Shown: in pieces, positions 40,770 to 50,092 of the stretch
How positions within the stretch are numbered: position 1 is the first letter of the stretch
How the letters are laid out: each line of letters starts with the position of its first letter
Assembly (NCBI GenBank): GCA_964035575.1
Contig: OZ037839.1
Span: 806,001 to 870,000, forward strand
DNA: 64,000 bases
From: Rhynchopus sp. YZ270_cl-10
Taxonomy: Eukaryota
Reading direction: 5' to 3'
Notes under the pieces: model-generated
Seen by the model: the letters and a program-made list of their open reading frames with translations, nothing else
Told to the model about the DNA's origin: nothing
Databases searched by the model: none
Translations under genes and position numbers: made by a program

Positions 40770-43700
40770 TTACATAAGTCCATCACCGCCCCTGCTGTGT
40801 CCATCCTTCTGCTTCTTCTTGCTGAAGAGGCCTCCCAACGTCGTCTGTCGCCCCCCCGCAGTGTCGTGGTGGCGGCGGCAGCAGTGGTCCAGGGTTGTCT
40901 TGTCCCGCACGCAATTTCCGCATCTCGAGAGTCTGTGTCGTGTGCACGCCTCGTGTCGAATGGCCAGCCCATCGCCGTCGGAGTGGTGCGCATAGCAGCA
41001 GTGCCTCAGGTCTGCCATCTGGTCCTTCGCACAGGCGTCACATCGGGCCTTCCGGTGCTGCACACAGATCGCAAATGGCCCAATCGAGATCGCTCCTGCA
41101 GGTGCCTTCACAGGCGCGTCTCCTGGTTTCACGTGCTCATCGTGCCTGTAACGTATGGGCACGTTCTCCTCTTCTGCCTGCTCGAAAAAGCGCAGCGCCC
41201 TCCTTCCCCTCTCGTCTGCGGGGGGGTATGCCGTCTCAGCAGCGTACTCCCCCATCCACGTACCCCTCGCTCTACCGTTGCCCCTAATCTCCCCCTCCGT
41301 CATGCCTTCCGTCTTGCGCTGCTGTCGGTACGCCGTGCCAGCGTCGAAAAGTGCACGTAGAACACGTATGGTCTCTTCACCGCCGGCAAAAACAGGACGG
41401 CAGTCGATACCGGCGAGACCGTGTGCCCCGAACGACGTCAGTGTCATAGCTATCTTCGGCTTACCCGGATGCAGTGGCGTTGCAGCATGGGTTCGGAGAG
41501 TAGACAGCATGTGACCAAAAGTGGTCGCTTTCGCCATTTCGTTGTGGGGAAGAGCTTCTGGCATCACGTCGTCGCCGTCGCCGTCGTCGCTGCCACCCTC
41601 CCCACCCCCGTCATCCATTTCCCCGTCGCCACCCCCACCACCATTGACCACGCCCCCAGCCCCGTTCCCCGGTTGCTTCACTTTTGGCGGCTTTTTTCCA
41701 GTCTTATCTCCGGGGCGGATGTCCATCCCCGTGGAGACCTCGAAGTCAATGAGGAGTTCCATGTGCGAGACTTCGCGTCCAGCCTCGTTGCTCCACCGTA
41801 GGCCTCCCAGCCAGTAGGCAATCGCCAGCAGCAACGCACGTCCATACGGCCATTTCTTCACTGGGAGGGTGCAGCTTCCTAACACATTCGGATACTGCGT
41901 CGTCGTGTCCGCATCCGGTTCCCATGTCCACGGATAACGCTCTTGCTCCAGTTGCGGCTTCATCTCTTGTGTCCTGTTTTGCCGGTATCGCTCGATGAGG
42001 ATCCTCACCATCATCATCTGCAGGTCTGCAACACGGGCGGTGGCCAAAGGTGTTTCCGGTGTGCACATTCCGCAGATAGACAGACAGTTCGGCCAGTTCG
42101 TTCTGTCAATGTTCAGGAGTAAGGGGTAGTCCGTGCGGATGCTTTCCCATGCGACACACTCCCACCACATATGCTTGGGATCCTCATCCACCCCTGCAGC
42201 ACAATACGGGCAGGTGGCCGTTTCTCGTAACTTTGCCCTCGCAAGTCGCACCCCCGTGAGAGTACCGTCAGCCACGATGTGTCGTAACGTCCCCGCCTCG
42301 TAGTCCGACAAAACTTTGCTCTTGGTAAGCGCCAGTGTCTTCTCCTTGTCCACCCCTGCTCGGATCCCCCGCAGGTTAGCTCTGCCTCCGCCTTTTGCAT
42401 TCACGTCTGTCTTCGTACTGGAGAGCCGTACGAAGAACATGCGCTCCCGCACAAGATGGCCGAGTTCCCCTAGCTCAATGGTCTTCACATCGATGAGGTT
42501 CCCGTCGTGCGTCGTCACTGTCGTGGCGCTCTCCCATTTCCAGTTGAGGCGGAGTAGAGCGCGTGCAACCAACCCGATGGGCCCCCCAGACTTCGCTTGC
42601 TTCCGTTTCGCTCGTACCCTGCAGTTCTCAAGCAGTGCACAGATCTCCTCCGACTTGCGCGTCATCTTAGCCCACGTCATGATCCGTCTGTAGTCGAAGG
42701 CCACCCCGGGGTCGAGTAGGTGGCCTTTCTCGAAGAGATTCAACATGACCCTGGTACTCCGTCGGCTCACCCGATTAGCGCCGTGTATTCCTCTCTCCAT
42801 CGCATTACCCAGGGTGGTCTCACAACAAACGTTAGGGTCCTGCACTGTGATCCCGTACACCGACTTGGACATCACTGCGGCCTGCATGATGCCCGCTTTT
42901 TCCCCTTGCGTCAACGGAAGGCGGCCTACCTTATCTGATAGTGGACCACATTCCCTGATCGTCTCTTCCAGTTTCGTCGGGAGCGTGGGCGCACCAGCTT
43001 GACGGGCCTGCACCGTCGCCCCCAGGCAGACCGACTTCTCGACGCGAGTGAGATCGGAGCCGTTCATCTGCACAGTTTCTTCTTCGTCAGGGCGATTGCT
43101 CTGCCACGTGCTCTTCCCCACGTGGATGCGCTGTCCCGTCAAGTCTGCGAAGTGTCCGGTGAAGGTGACTCCCGTTCGTAGCTGACTGAGTGTTTTCGTC
43201 AGGAGATTGGTGTCGTCTGCGTATGCCAATCCCTGCGTGCCCGTTTCCCTCTCTACCCCGTTCATCCACACCGCCACCAACGCATTCAGGAAGATGACAC
43301 TCAGCGGGCATCCTTGGAGGATACCGTTCGTCGCAAACCACTCTTGTCCAAGACCAGCCGGGAGTTTAAAACGCCTCCCCAGCTTCTTGTACATCCCACG
43401 GATGGGTCGCATCATATTCTGCGGCAGGCCTAGCTGTTCGACCAGGCGGAACATAATCTCCTGTGGCACTCTGTCAAAACACTTTTGGTAGTCGAAGGAG
43501 GCTAGATAGATAGGTGTGTTGTCTATCAGAGCCTCCTCCATCTTCGCACAAAGATACCACAGTAGGTCTTCGGTTCCATGCTTGTTGCGGAAGCCGTGCT
43601 GGCGTTGGTGTATCCACGACTCTTGCCACGCTGCTACTTTGCGGAGACGAGTCGCCGCCCATAACCTGTACATCACACTGGTGATGGTAATGGGACGCTG

Positions 43701-45770
43701 CTTCAGCGGTTCCTCGCCTTCTCCTTTGGGGATGAGCACCACCATAGCCCTCGCAATTGCCCTGGGCCAGTTTCCTGTCTCCTCAATCACGTTCAGGCAG
43801 CACGCTAGCTCTTCCAGCATTAACGGAGGTAGTTCCTTCAGCTCCTCCACTCTCCATCCATCGAGGCCTGCCGCCTTCTTCCGCTTCATCTTGCCGATGG
43901 TCTTGCTGAGGTCCTCGCCGGTCAAAGGTCCGCAGTCACAGGGTGCCCCCTCGGGAATGTGCTCCTTGAACCTCTCGAAGAAGGTCGCCCATGCAGGTTC
44001 CTCGGATTCGCCGTACATCCGGAACACCCCTCCCCACGCCTGGTCACCCATAAGAAGCTCGTCCATCTCCTTGAGGTTGGCAGTCACAGTGCCGTCCTCT
44101 CGTTTCAGGAAAGTCGTGTGCGAAGACGTGGCTTTTCTTAACGTCTGGAAGACCTTCTCGGGGCTTGACGTCATGTGTTCCTTCATGGAGCGACGCCATT
44201 CTCGGATGCGTTTCTGTCGTCGGCGCTCGAGTAAGGCCAGCCCTTGCTTCTTTAGGCACCCAAGGAGACCACACAACGCTTCTACGTCGGGGTGTTCGAG
44301 ACCCCAAGTGTCGTTCTGCAGAAGATGTCGTTTCGCACGCGCTTTCGCCCACAGGTGTCTCTCATCCACCGATTCCGCAGAAGGTTGGCCGATGCGCTTC
44401 CTCCGTCCACCAATGAGTTGTTCCAGTTGTCGACACGTCTTCTGCAACTGAGCCGTCTCCAGGTTCACAGCATCAGGCATGTCGGGGTCCGTGCGAGCCG
44501 ACCGATGTCGCAATACATCAGGTTTCACCTCACCTCTCCCCCTGTGGCGGTGCTGTTTTGCCTCAATCTCACCCCTCCGCAGGAAGTAGTCCTCTGCAGT
44601 TTTGCAAAAGCGAGCCCAACGCTCCTCAACAGATAGCTTCTCGAGTTCGGCGTCGGTGAGTGCGTTCTCTTGCAGCACCTCTCTCGCAAGCACCTTCTCC
44701 TTGGCAGCCGGCCATTTGGACCAATCCTCGCCAATCAGGGGTAGGGGAGGACGTGCTTGGGGAGCCTTCTGCTCGTAACACTCGAGGTCCAGTGTCAGCA
44801 CCACCGGCCTGTGGGTGGAGATGCAGCTGTCAGTCCAGACCTCCACTTTGGAGATTGCAGGAGCAGCCACGTGGTTCGCCAATACCAGGTCGATGCGGCT
44901 GCCAGAAGATGTGGAGGTGTAGCACGTTTTCTCCACTTCCGTACCCGACTGCTGCGCGTACGAGTCTGCTGCATCAACCCATTTTCCGGAGGAGATTGCC
45001 GCTCGGATGACAGCGCTCTCCTGTGCCTCGACGTTGAAGTCTCCGGCAATGAACACCGGTATGTCCCCAAGGCTGGCAGCTTCCTCCAGGATGTCTGTCA
45101 GGAGTAGTTCCGTGCGGGCCTTGTCGTCACACACACCATAAAACGAGAAGACAGAGATGTTGCGTCCTCCGTTCCCATAAGCCACCTGCGCATGTGACAG
45201 ACGACATTCCTCCCATGCTTTCTGGGCACCCTGCGGCGGTACCGCTCTGGTTGGTATGTCTGCGCGCGACATGATCGCAACCCCACCGTTTTGTGTCCGT
45301 GTGCGCAGGTCGGATCCTCGGCTTCGTCTGCAGGGGGCACCAAAGAGGATCTGTTTGGCGCCAAACTCCTTAACGGCAAGCGCAGCACCCTTCATCTCAT
45401 CCGCTGTGAGGCGCACTTCCTGCAGCGCGCAGATGTCCAGATCCCATTCCCCCACCGCGAAGTGTGCCGACAAGGATGTCACATTCGCAGTGCCAAGCAT
45501 CATGGACGGACCCGGATTCTCCTCCACGTCTCCACATGTCAGCAGTGACCCCCTGCCCAAAAACGCCCCCCGTCGCCTCCCTCGACGCACTCTTTGTCGA
45601 GCCCCTCGACCCACCCCTCTACGTGTTCTACCCTTACCCCTAGTCCCCGACAGCATACAGCCCGCAGAGCGCAAACGATGCTGACCCCTTGTTGGGGAGA
45701 CAGTTTTCACAAAAACGTCTCGTTCTCCAACTACGCACGAAGAAGCCAATCCTGTGCCGTACCCTTCCAC
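40770..45770 (-). CDS. LINE pol ORF: 2A-like peptide, AP endonuclease, reverse transcriptase, CCHC finger, C-terminal Cys/His repeats
   Basis: GDVEENPGP; APE motifs (ANV, LQEV, AGDFN, SRIDLVL, STHRPV); RT motifs (AAGLDG, QRPIT, QHGFR, FDYQKCFDRV, GILQGCPLS, YADD, CLG); CPYC-x9-H-x4-C. Confidence 0.95.
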   Translation of the reverse strand: MEGYGTGLASSCVVGERDVFVKTVSPTRGQHRLRSAGCMLSGTRGKGRTRRGVGRGARQRVRRGRRRGAFLGRGSLLTCGDVEENPGPSMMLGTANVTSLSAHFAVGEWDLDICALQEVRLTADEMKGAALAVKEFGAKQILFGAPCRRSRGSDLRTRTQNGGVAIMSRADIPTRAVPPQGAQKAWEECRLSHAQVAYGNGGRNISVFSFYGVCDDKARTELLLTDILEEAASLGDIPVFIAGDFNVEAQESAVIRAAISSGKWVDAADSYAQQSGTEVEKTCYTSTSSGSRIDLVLANHVAAPAISKVEVWTDSCISTHRPVVLTLDLECYEQKAPQARPPLPLIGEDWSKWPAAKEKVLAREVLQENALTDAELEKLSVEERWARFCKTAEDYFLRRGEIEAKQHRHRGRGEVKPDVLRHRSARTDPDMPDAVNLETAQLQKTCRQLEQLIGGRRKRIGQPSAESVDERHLWAKARAKRHLLQNDTWGLEHPDVEALCGLLGCLKKQGLALLERRRQKRIREWRRSMKEHMTSSPEKVFQTLRKATSSHTTFLKREDGTVTANLKEMDELLMGDQAWGGVFRMYGESEEPAWATFFERFKEHIPEGAPCDCGPLTGEDLSKTIGKMKRKKAAGLDGWRVEELKELPPLMLEELACCLNVIEETGNWPRAIARAMVVLIPKGEGEEPLKQRPITITSVMYRLWAATRLRKVAAWQESWIHQRQHGFRNKHGTEDLLWYLCAKMEEALIDNTPIYLASFDYQKCFDRVPQEIMFRLVEQLGLPQNMMRPIRGMYKKLGRRFKLPAGLGQEWFATNGILQGCPLSVIFLNALVAVWMNGVERETGTQGLAYADDTNLLTKTLSQLRTGVTFTGHFADLTGQRIHVGKSTWQSNRPDEEETVQMNGSDLTRVEKSVCLGATVQARQAGAPTLPTKLEETIRECGPLSDKVGRLPLTQGEKAGIMQAAVMSKSVYGITVQDPNVCCETTLGNAMERGIHGANRVSRRSTRVMLNLFEKGHLLDPGVAFDYRRIMTWAKMTRKSEEICALLENCRVRAKRKQAKSGGPIGLVARALLRLNWKWESATTVTTHDGNLIDVKTIELGELGHLVRERMFFVRLSSTKTDVNAKGGGRANLRGIRAGVDKEKTLALTKSKVLSDYEAGTLRHIVADGTLTGVRLARAKLRETATCPYCAAGVDEDPKHMWWECVAWESIRTDYPLLLNIDRTNWPNCLSICGMCTPETPLATARVADLQMMMVRILIERYRQNRTQEMKPQLEQERYPWTWEPDADTTTQYPNVLGSCTLPVKKWPYGRALLLAIAYWLGGLRWSNEAGREVSHMELLIDFEVSTGMDIRPGDKTGKKPPKVKQPGNGAGGVVNGGGGGDGEMDDGGGEGGSDDGDGDDVMPEALPHNEMAKATTFGHMLSTLRTHAATPLHPGKPKIAMTLTSFGAHGLAGIDCRPVFAGGEETIRVLRALFDAGTAYRQQRKTEGMTEGEIRGNGRARGTWMGEYAAETAYPPADERGRRALRFFEQAEEENVPIRYRHDEHVKPGDAPVKAPAGAISIGPFAICVQHRKARCDACAKDQMADLRHCCYAHHSDGDGLAIRHEACTRHRLSRCGNCVRDKTTLDHCCRRHHDTAGGRQTTLGGLFSKKKQKDGHSRGGDGLM

Positions 45771-45782
45771 CGCACCACACCG

Positions 45783-46195
45783 TCACCGCACCACATCGCG
45801 CAGGGTGTTGCGGCCTACTATCCTGTTGTCCAGTCCCTGGACGGGACGAAACGCGATCTCGATGACGCCCCCCGCCACCTTCACGACAGTCACCGGGATG
45901 GCTGCGCCGTTGCCTCCCTCCTCGCAGTACTCCATGGAGTCGCCAGCCTCCAGCACTGCGTTCCCGTACGACTCCTCGTTCTTCTCGTTCCCCTCCGCCT
46001 GCTCTTTTGCGGGGACTTCCGTCCGTATCCTGCGCGGCGGACTCAGCAGCGCCACCGTCTCACCGGACTCACTGCGGTCTTCCCGCTTGCCCGCCAGGGT
46101 CACAGCAGGTGGCGCCACCGGCACTCTGGGAGCTGGCGAGGTCTCCGCGTCCTCCTCGACAGCCGCACATTCTGGCGAAGTCTGCACCGGCAGTG
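45783..46195 (-). CDS. 3' remnant of LINE upstream ORF (ORF1-like), in frame with pol
   Basis: Open from the element's 5' junction to TGA at 45785-45783; acidic/Pro-rich stretch, then a short beta-rich segment. Confidence 0.55.
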
Positions 46196-47250
46196 TTCGT
46201 CGACTTCGTCAACACGACTGTGTCTCCAGCACTCAGTTCTGTGATGTCCTCTCCTTCCTCCTTCCCCCCAAAGCCCACATGAAAGCTGTCTTCGCACAAC
46301 CCTGTTGCAGACGCCACCTTCTGCCGCATCGTCTCCGTTGTGTCGTTCTCACCCACCTCAATCACGTATTTGTTTTCATCATCATATCCCTGCACACACA
46401 GTTCCATTGTTTCGAGTGAAGTGTTGCTCTGTTGTGGGGTAAGTGTTGAGAAGGAGGAGGAGGGAGGCAAGATACAACAAAATAGCTTTCCTTTTTTGTT
46501 TTTGAGTATACGAGAATCGTCATATAAAAAATAAAACTCTGTTTTTAGATCTTGCGCCGAATTACTCCCCATACTCATTCACTCAGGACAGTAATTCGAG
46601 CGATCAACGAAAAAACCTATCCTCTTTTTTTCCACGATTTCGTTTGTTTTGACTGAATATCTATCTAAAAAAGGAAGAGTTTTGTTTTCCACTTCTCCAG
46701 GTACTCTCCCCATATGAACAAGAACTGACAGGTACATGACATGTCTGTATGGAAACAAAGTACTATTTTCGTTGAAACGCAGCCCTGCAGGTTGTCAAAA
46801 TGATCAGTGTGGCGCACACTGAGAATGAGGCAAACAGGAAATAGATGCGTTATCAAATAACCTGAACGTTGTATTTCTTATCTGTTCCTAATCACACCAT
46901 CGTCGTGGGAAAGAAGGGGGAATAGCTCTCGATACAGGCATTCCTCCGACTGACCCACTGTACGATGCCAGCCATCCAGATGAAGGCGCAATACAATAAG
47001 CAGCTATCGCGAACAATGAAAGAGTTTTTTCAGGCAAGGTATGTGGTAAGAGGAAGAATAAAACATTACGAACAAACCTCCACCCTCATTCGCAAGCTTC
47101 ACTTCCGCTTTGGTTTTCTCCTCACATGAAACAATTAAATTACTGGGGTAGAATAATTTCGTTCCTTTGTGAATGCAAAAATCCACACCAAAGATTTTAT
47201 CCTCCACGTATCATACGTGGGACAAGGGAAATAATACTTTACCCAAGAGC

Positions 47251-49386
47251 TCACAGGTGTATCCAAAAATGCAGTTCAATAGGTTCACCGAAGTGTTCTT
47301 CACACAAATCACCAAACCCTCCTGCTTGTGCTGTTCCTGCTTGTCCTGCCCCAAACCCTCCAAACCCTCCTGCTTGTCCTGCTCCTGTTTGTCCTGCTCC
47401 AAACCCTCCAAATCCTCCTGCTTGTGTTGCTCCTTCTTGTCCTGCACCAAACCCTCCAAATCCTCCTGCTTGTGTTGCTCCTTCTTGTCCTGCACCAAAC
47501 CCTCCAAACCCTCCTGCTTGTGTTGCTCCTTCTTGTCCTGCCCCAAACCCTCCAAATCCTCCTGCTTGTCCTGCTCCTGTTTGTCCTGCTCCAAACCCTC
47601 CAAATCCTCCTGCTTGTGTTGCTCCTTCTTGTCCTGCACCAAACCCTCCAAATCCTCCTGCTTGTCCTGCTCCTGTTTGTCCTGCACCACACCCTCCAAA
47701 TCCTCCTGCTTGTGTTGCTCCTGTTTGTCCTGCCCCAAACCCTCCAAACCCTCCTGCTTGTCCTGCTCCTGTTTGTCCTGCACCAAACCCTCCAAATCCT
47801 CCTGCTTGTGTTGCTCCTGCTTGTCCTGCCCCAAACCCTCCAAATCCTCCTGCTTGTCCTGCTCCTGTTTGTCCTGCCCCAAACCCTCCAAATCCTCCTG
47901 CTTGTGTTGCTCCTGCTTGTCCTGCCCCAAACCCTCCAAATCCTCCTGCTTGTGTTGCTGCTGTTTGTCCTGCTTTCAATGCAATACATTGTCTTGCATC
48001 TCCAGACGCGTCTTGTCCTGCTGCCTTAAAGCGTACTACCCGCACACCTCTGGACTGTTTAGCAAACATTGCGTACATTACACGCGCCCGCACATGAAAC
48101 GGTACCGACCTGCACCGCAGCATGCTACGCTCCTCATTTGATAACTTCTCGTCAATGTCGATGTTGCCTGGAAAGACGACTGTTATGAGTGCGTTGCAGT
48201 TGCGCGGGAATTGGCTTCCGACCTGCGCGTCGATCATCGTGTCCCTACCTATTCCTGACATGTCCAGCGTCGTCAAGGATGTGCACCCTTGCAGGAAATA
48301 TTCTTGAATCCGTTTAACATGGCTCATTACAGAGAAGTCTGCTGTTGTCAACGCGGAGCAGTTAACAAGAAAGTAGTGCCCGATGTCTGCGACACTGCCC
48401 AAAGCTGAAAGGTCGATACTTCCCAGCGAGGTGCAGCCCTTCAGAAAGCCTTGCCCTACCTTCATAACTTTGTGCAGTGCTGATAAGTCAATCGTTTCCA
48501 ACGAGATGCAGTCCCTACAAAAGCTGTCCCCAAGTTCCGTCACGTTGGTCATCCCTGAAAAGTTGATGGTGGTCAACGACTTGCAGTGGCCGAGAAAGTC
48601 GGAGCCGATCTTCGTGACACTGCAAAAAGCTGACAAATCAATGGTTGTCAACGAGAAGCAGCTCTGGAGGAAGTTGCCCTCAATGTGCGTGATTTTGCGC
48701 AATACTGAGATGTCAATCTTTTCCAACGATTTGCAGCTGAGAACAAAGCCTGCACCAACCTTCGTCACACTCGTCATCGCGGATAAGTCAAGATTTGTGA
48801 CGCCACTTCCTGCGAGGAACCTGTTCCCTATCACCGTCACACCAGTGAACCCTGACACGTCAAGGCTTGTCAACGATGGGCAGTAAGAGAGACAGGCATT
48901 CCCAATGTGCGTAACGTTGCACAATCCCGACAAGTCAACGGTTTCCACCGACGCACACCCGTAGAGGAAGTAGTCCTCAATTCGTGTCACCCCAGACACA
49001 GCAGAGAGATCAAGTCTCGTAAACGATGCTCTGCACAAGAACTGCTTCGGAATAACAGTCGCAACCTCCGCCTGAAGAAGCAGAGAAGCCACCTCAGGAT
49101 CCTTCACAGTCGCCAACCTCGCTTCGGAAATGTCTGTCTCACCCAAGGCACGAAGTGCTTCAACAGATTGGTACTTCGTCGACTTCGTCAACACGACTGT
49201 GTCTCCAGCACTCAGTTCTGTGATGTCCTCTCCTTCCTCCTTCCCTCCGAAGCCCATGCGGAAGCTGTCTTCGCACAACCCTGTTGCAGACGCCACCTTC
49301 TGCCGCATCGTCTCCGTTGTGTCGTTCTCACCCACCTCAATCACGTATTTGGTTTCATCATCATATCCCTGCACACACAGTTCCAT
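47251..49386 (-). CDS. UBL + LRR + FG-repeat tail, paralogue 6
   Basis: UBL head, LRRs, about 13-14 AGGFGGFGAGQxGAxQ units (about 47299-47970), same C-terminus as paralogue 4. Confidence 0.9.
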   Translation of the reverse strand: MELCVQGYDDETKYVIEVGENDTTETMRQKVASATGLCEDSFRMGFGGKEEGEDITELSAGDTVVLTKSTKYQSVEALRALGETDISEARLATVKDPEVASLLLQAEVATVIPKQFLCRASFTRLDLSAVSGVTRIEDYFLYGCASVETVDLSGLCNVTHIGNACLSYCPSLTSLDVSGFTGVTVIGNRFLAGSGVTNLDLSAMTSVTKVGAGFVLSCKSLEKIDISVLRKITHIEGNFLQSCFSLTTIDLSAFCSVTKIGSDFLGHCKSLTTINFSGMTNVTELGDSFCRDCISLETIDLSALHKVMKVGQGFLKGCTSLGSIDLSALGSVADIGHYFLVNCSALTTADFSVMSHVKRIQEYFLQGCTSLTTLDMSGIGRDTMIDAQVGSQFPRNCNALITVVFPGNIDIDEKLSNEERSMLRCRSVPFHVRARVMYAMFAKQSRGVRVVRFKAAGQDASGDARQCIALKAGQTAATQAGGFGGFGAGQAGATQAGGFGGFGAGQTGAGQAGGFGGFGAGQAGATQAGGFGGFGAGQTGAGQAGGFGGFGAGQTGATQAGGFGGCGAGQTGAGQAGGFGGFGAGQEGATQAGGFGGFGAGQTGAGQAGGFGGFGAGQEGATQAGGFGGFGAGQEGATQAGGFGGFGAGQEGATQAGGFGGFGAGQTGAGQAGGFGGFGAGQAGTAQAGGFGDLCEEHFGEPIELHFWIHL

Positions 49387-50092
49387 TGTTTCGAGTGAAG
49401 TGTTGCTCTGTTGTGGGGTGGTGTTGAGAAGGAGGAGGAGGGAGGCAAGATACAACAAAATAGCTTTCCTTTTTTGTCTTTGAATATACGAGAATCGTCA
49501 TATAAAAAATAAAACTCTGTTTTTAGCTCTTGCATTGCCGAATTACCCATACTCATTCACTCAGAGACATTAATTCAAAACTTAGCCTCTTTTTTTCCAC
49601 GATTTCGTTTCTTTTGACTGAATATCTATCTAAAAAAGGAAGAGTTTTGTTTTCCACTTCTCCAGGTACTCTCCCCATATGAACAAGAACTGACAGGTAC
49701 ATGTCGTACTATTTTCATTGAAACGCAGCCCTGCAGGTTGTTAAAATGATCAGTGTGGCGCACACTGAGAATGAGGCAAACAGGACATAGATGCGTTATC
49801 AAATAACCTGAACGTTGTATTTTTTATCTGTTCCTAATCACACCATCGTCGTGGGAAAGAAGGGGGAATAGCTCTCGATACAGGCATTCCTCTGACTGAC
49901 CCACTGTACGATGCCAGCCATCCAGATGAAAGCACAAACCCCCTCTTGGTATCGTATACTGAAGCAGCTGAAAGTTGCACCCCCTGCAGCCATGCATCCA
50001 TGGGAGATGAGGAGAGGCTTCTATCTGACTAAACGCTCTTTTGAAAGACCTGCATATGTAGGAAGCTGGACACATGCACACACAGCACCTCT

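Larger units (their letters stand above)
40700..46195 (-). mobile_element. APE-type non-LTR retrotransposon (LINE), 5496 bp, probably 5'-truncated, 18-bp TSD
   Basis: TSD ttcgtcgacttcgtcaac at 40682-40699 and 46196-46213; intact APE-RT ORF inside. Confidence 0.95.
40139..46407 (-). pseudogene. UBL-LRR paralogue 5, split by the retrotransposon (UBL part 46196-46407; LRR part 40139-40699) and 3'-truncated
   Basis: Both halves match the other paralogues and rejoin exactly on removing 40700-46195 plus one TSD copy; LRR similarity stops abruptly near 40139. Confidence 0.92.

Noticed and set aside
46069..46578. Functional UBL-LINE fusion protein
   Set aside because: The UBL frame is out of phase with the LINE upstream ORF and stops at 46069.
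25767..49386. Diversity-generating retroelement (RT next to variable genes)
   Set aside because: The RT is a LINE-type APE-RT with its own TSD; no template/variable repeat pair or adenine-specific pattern was evident by eye.
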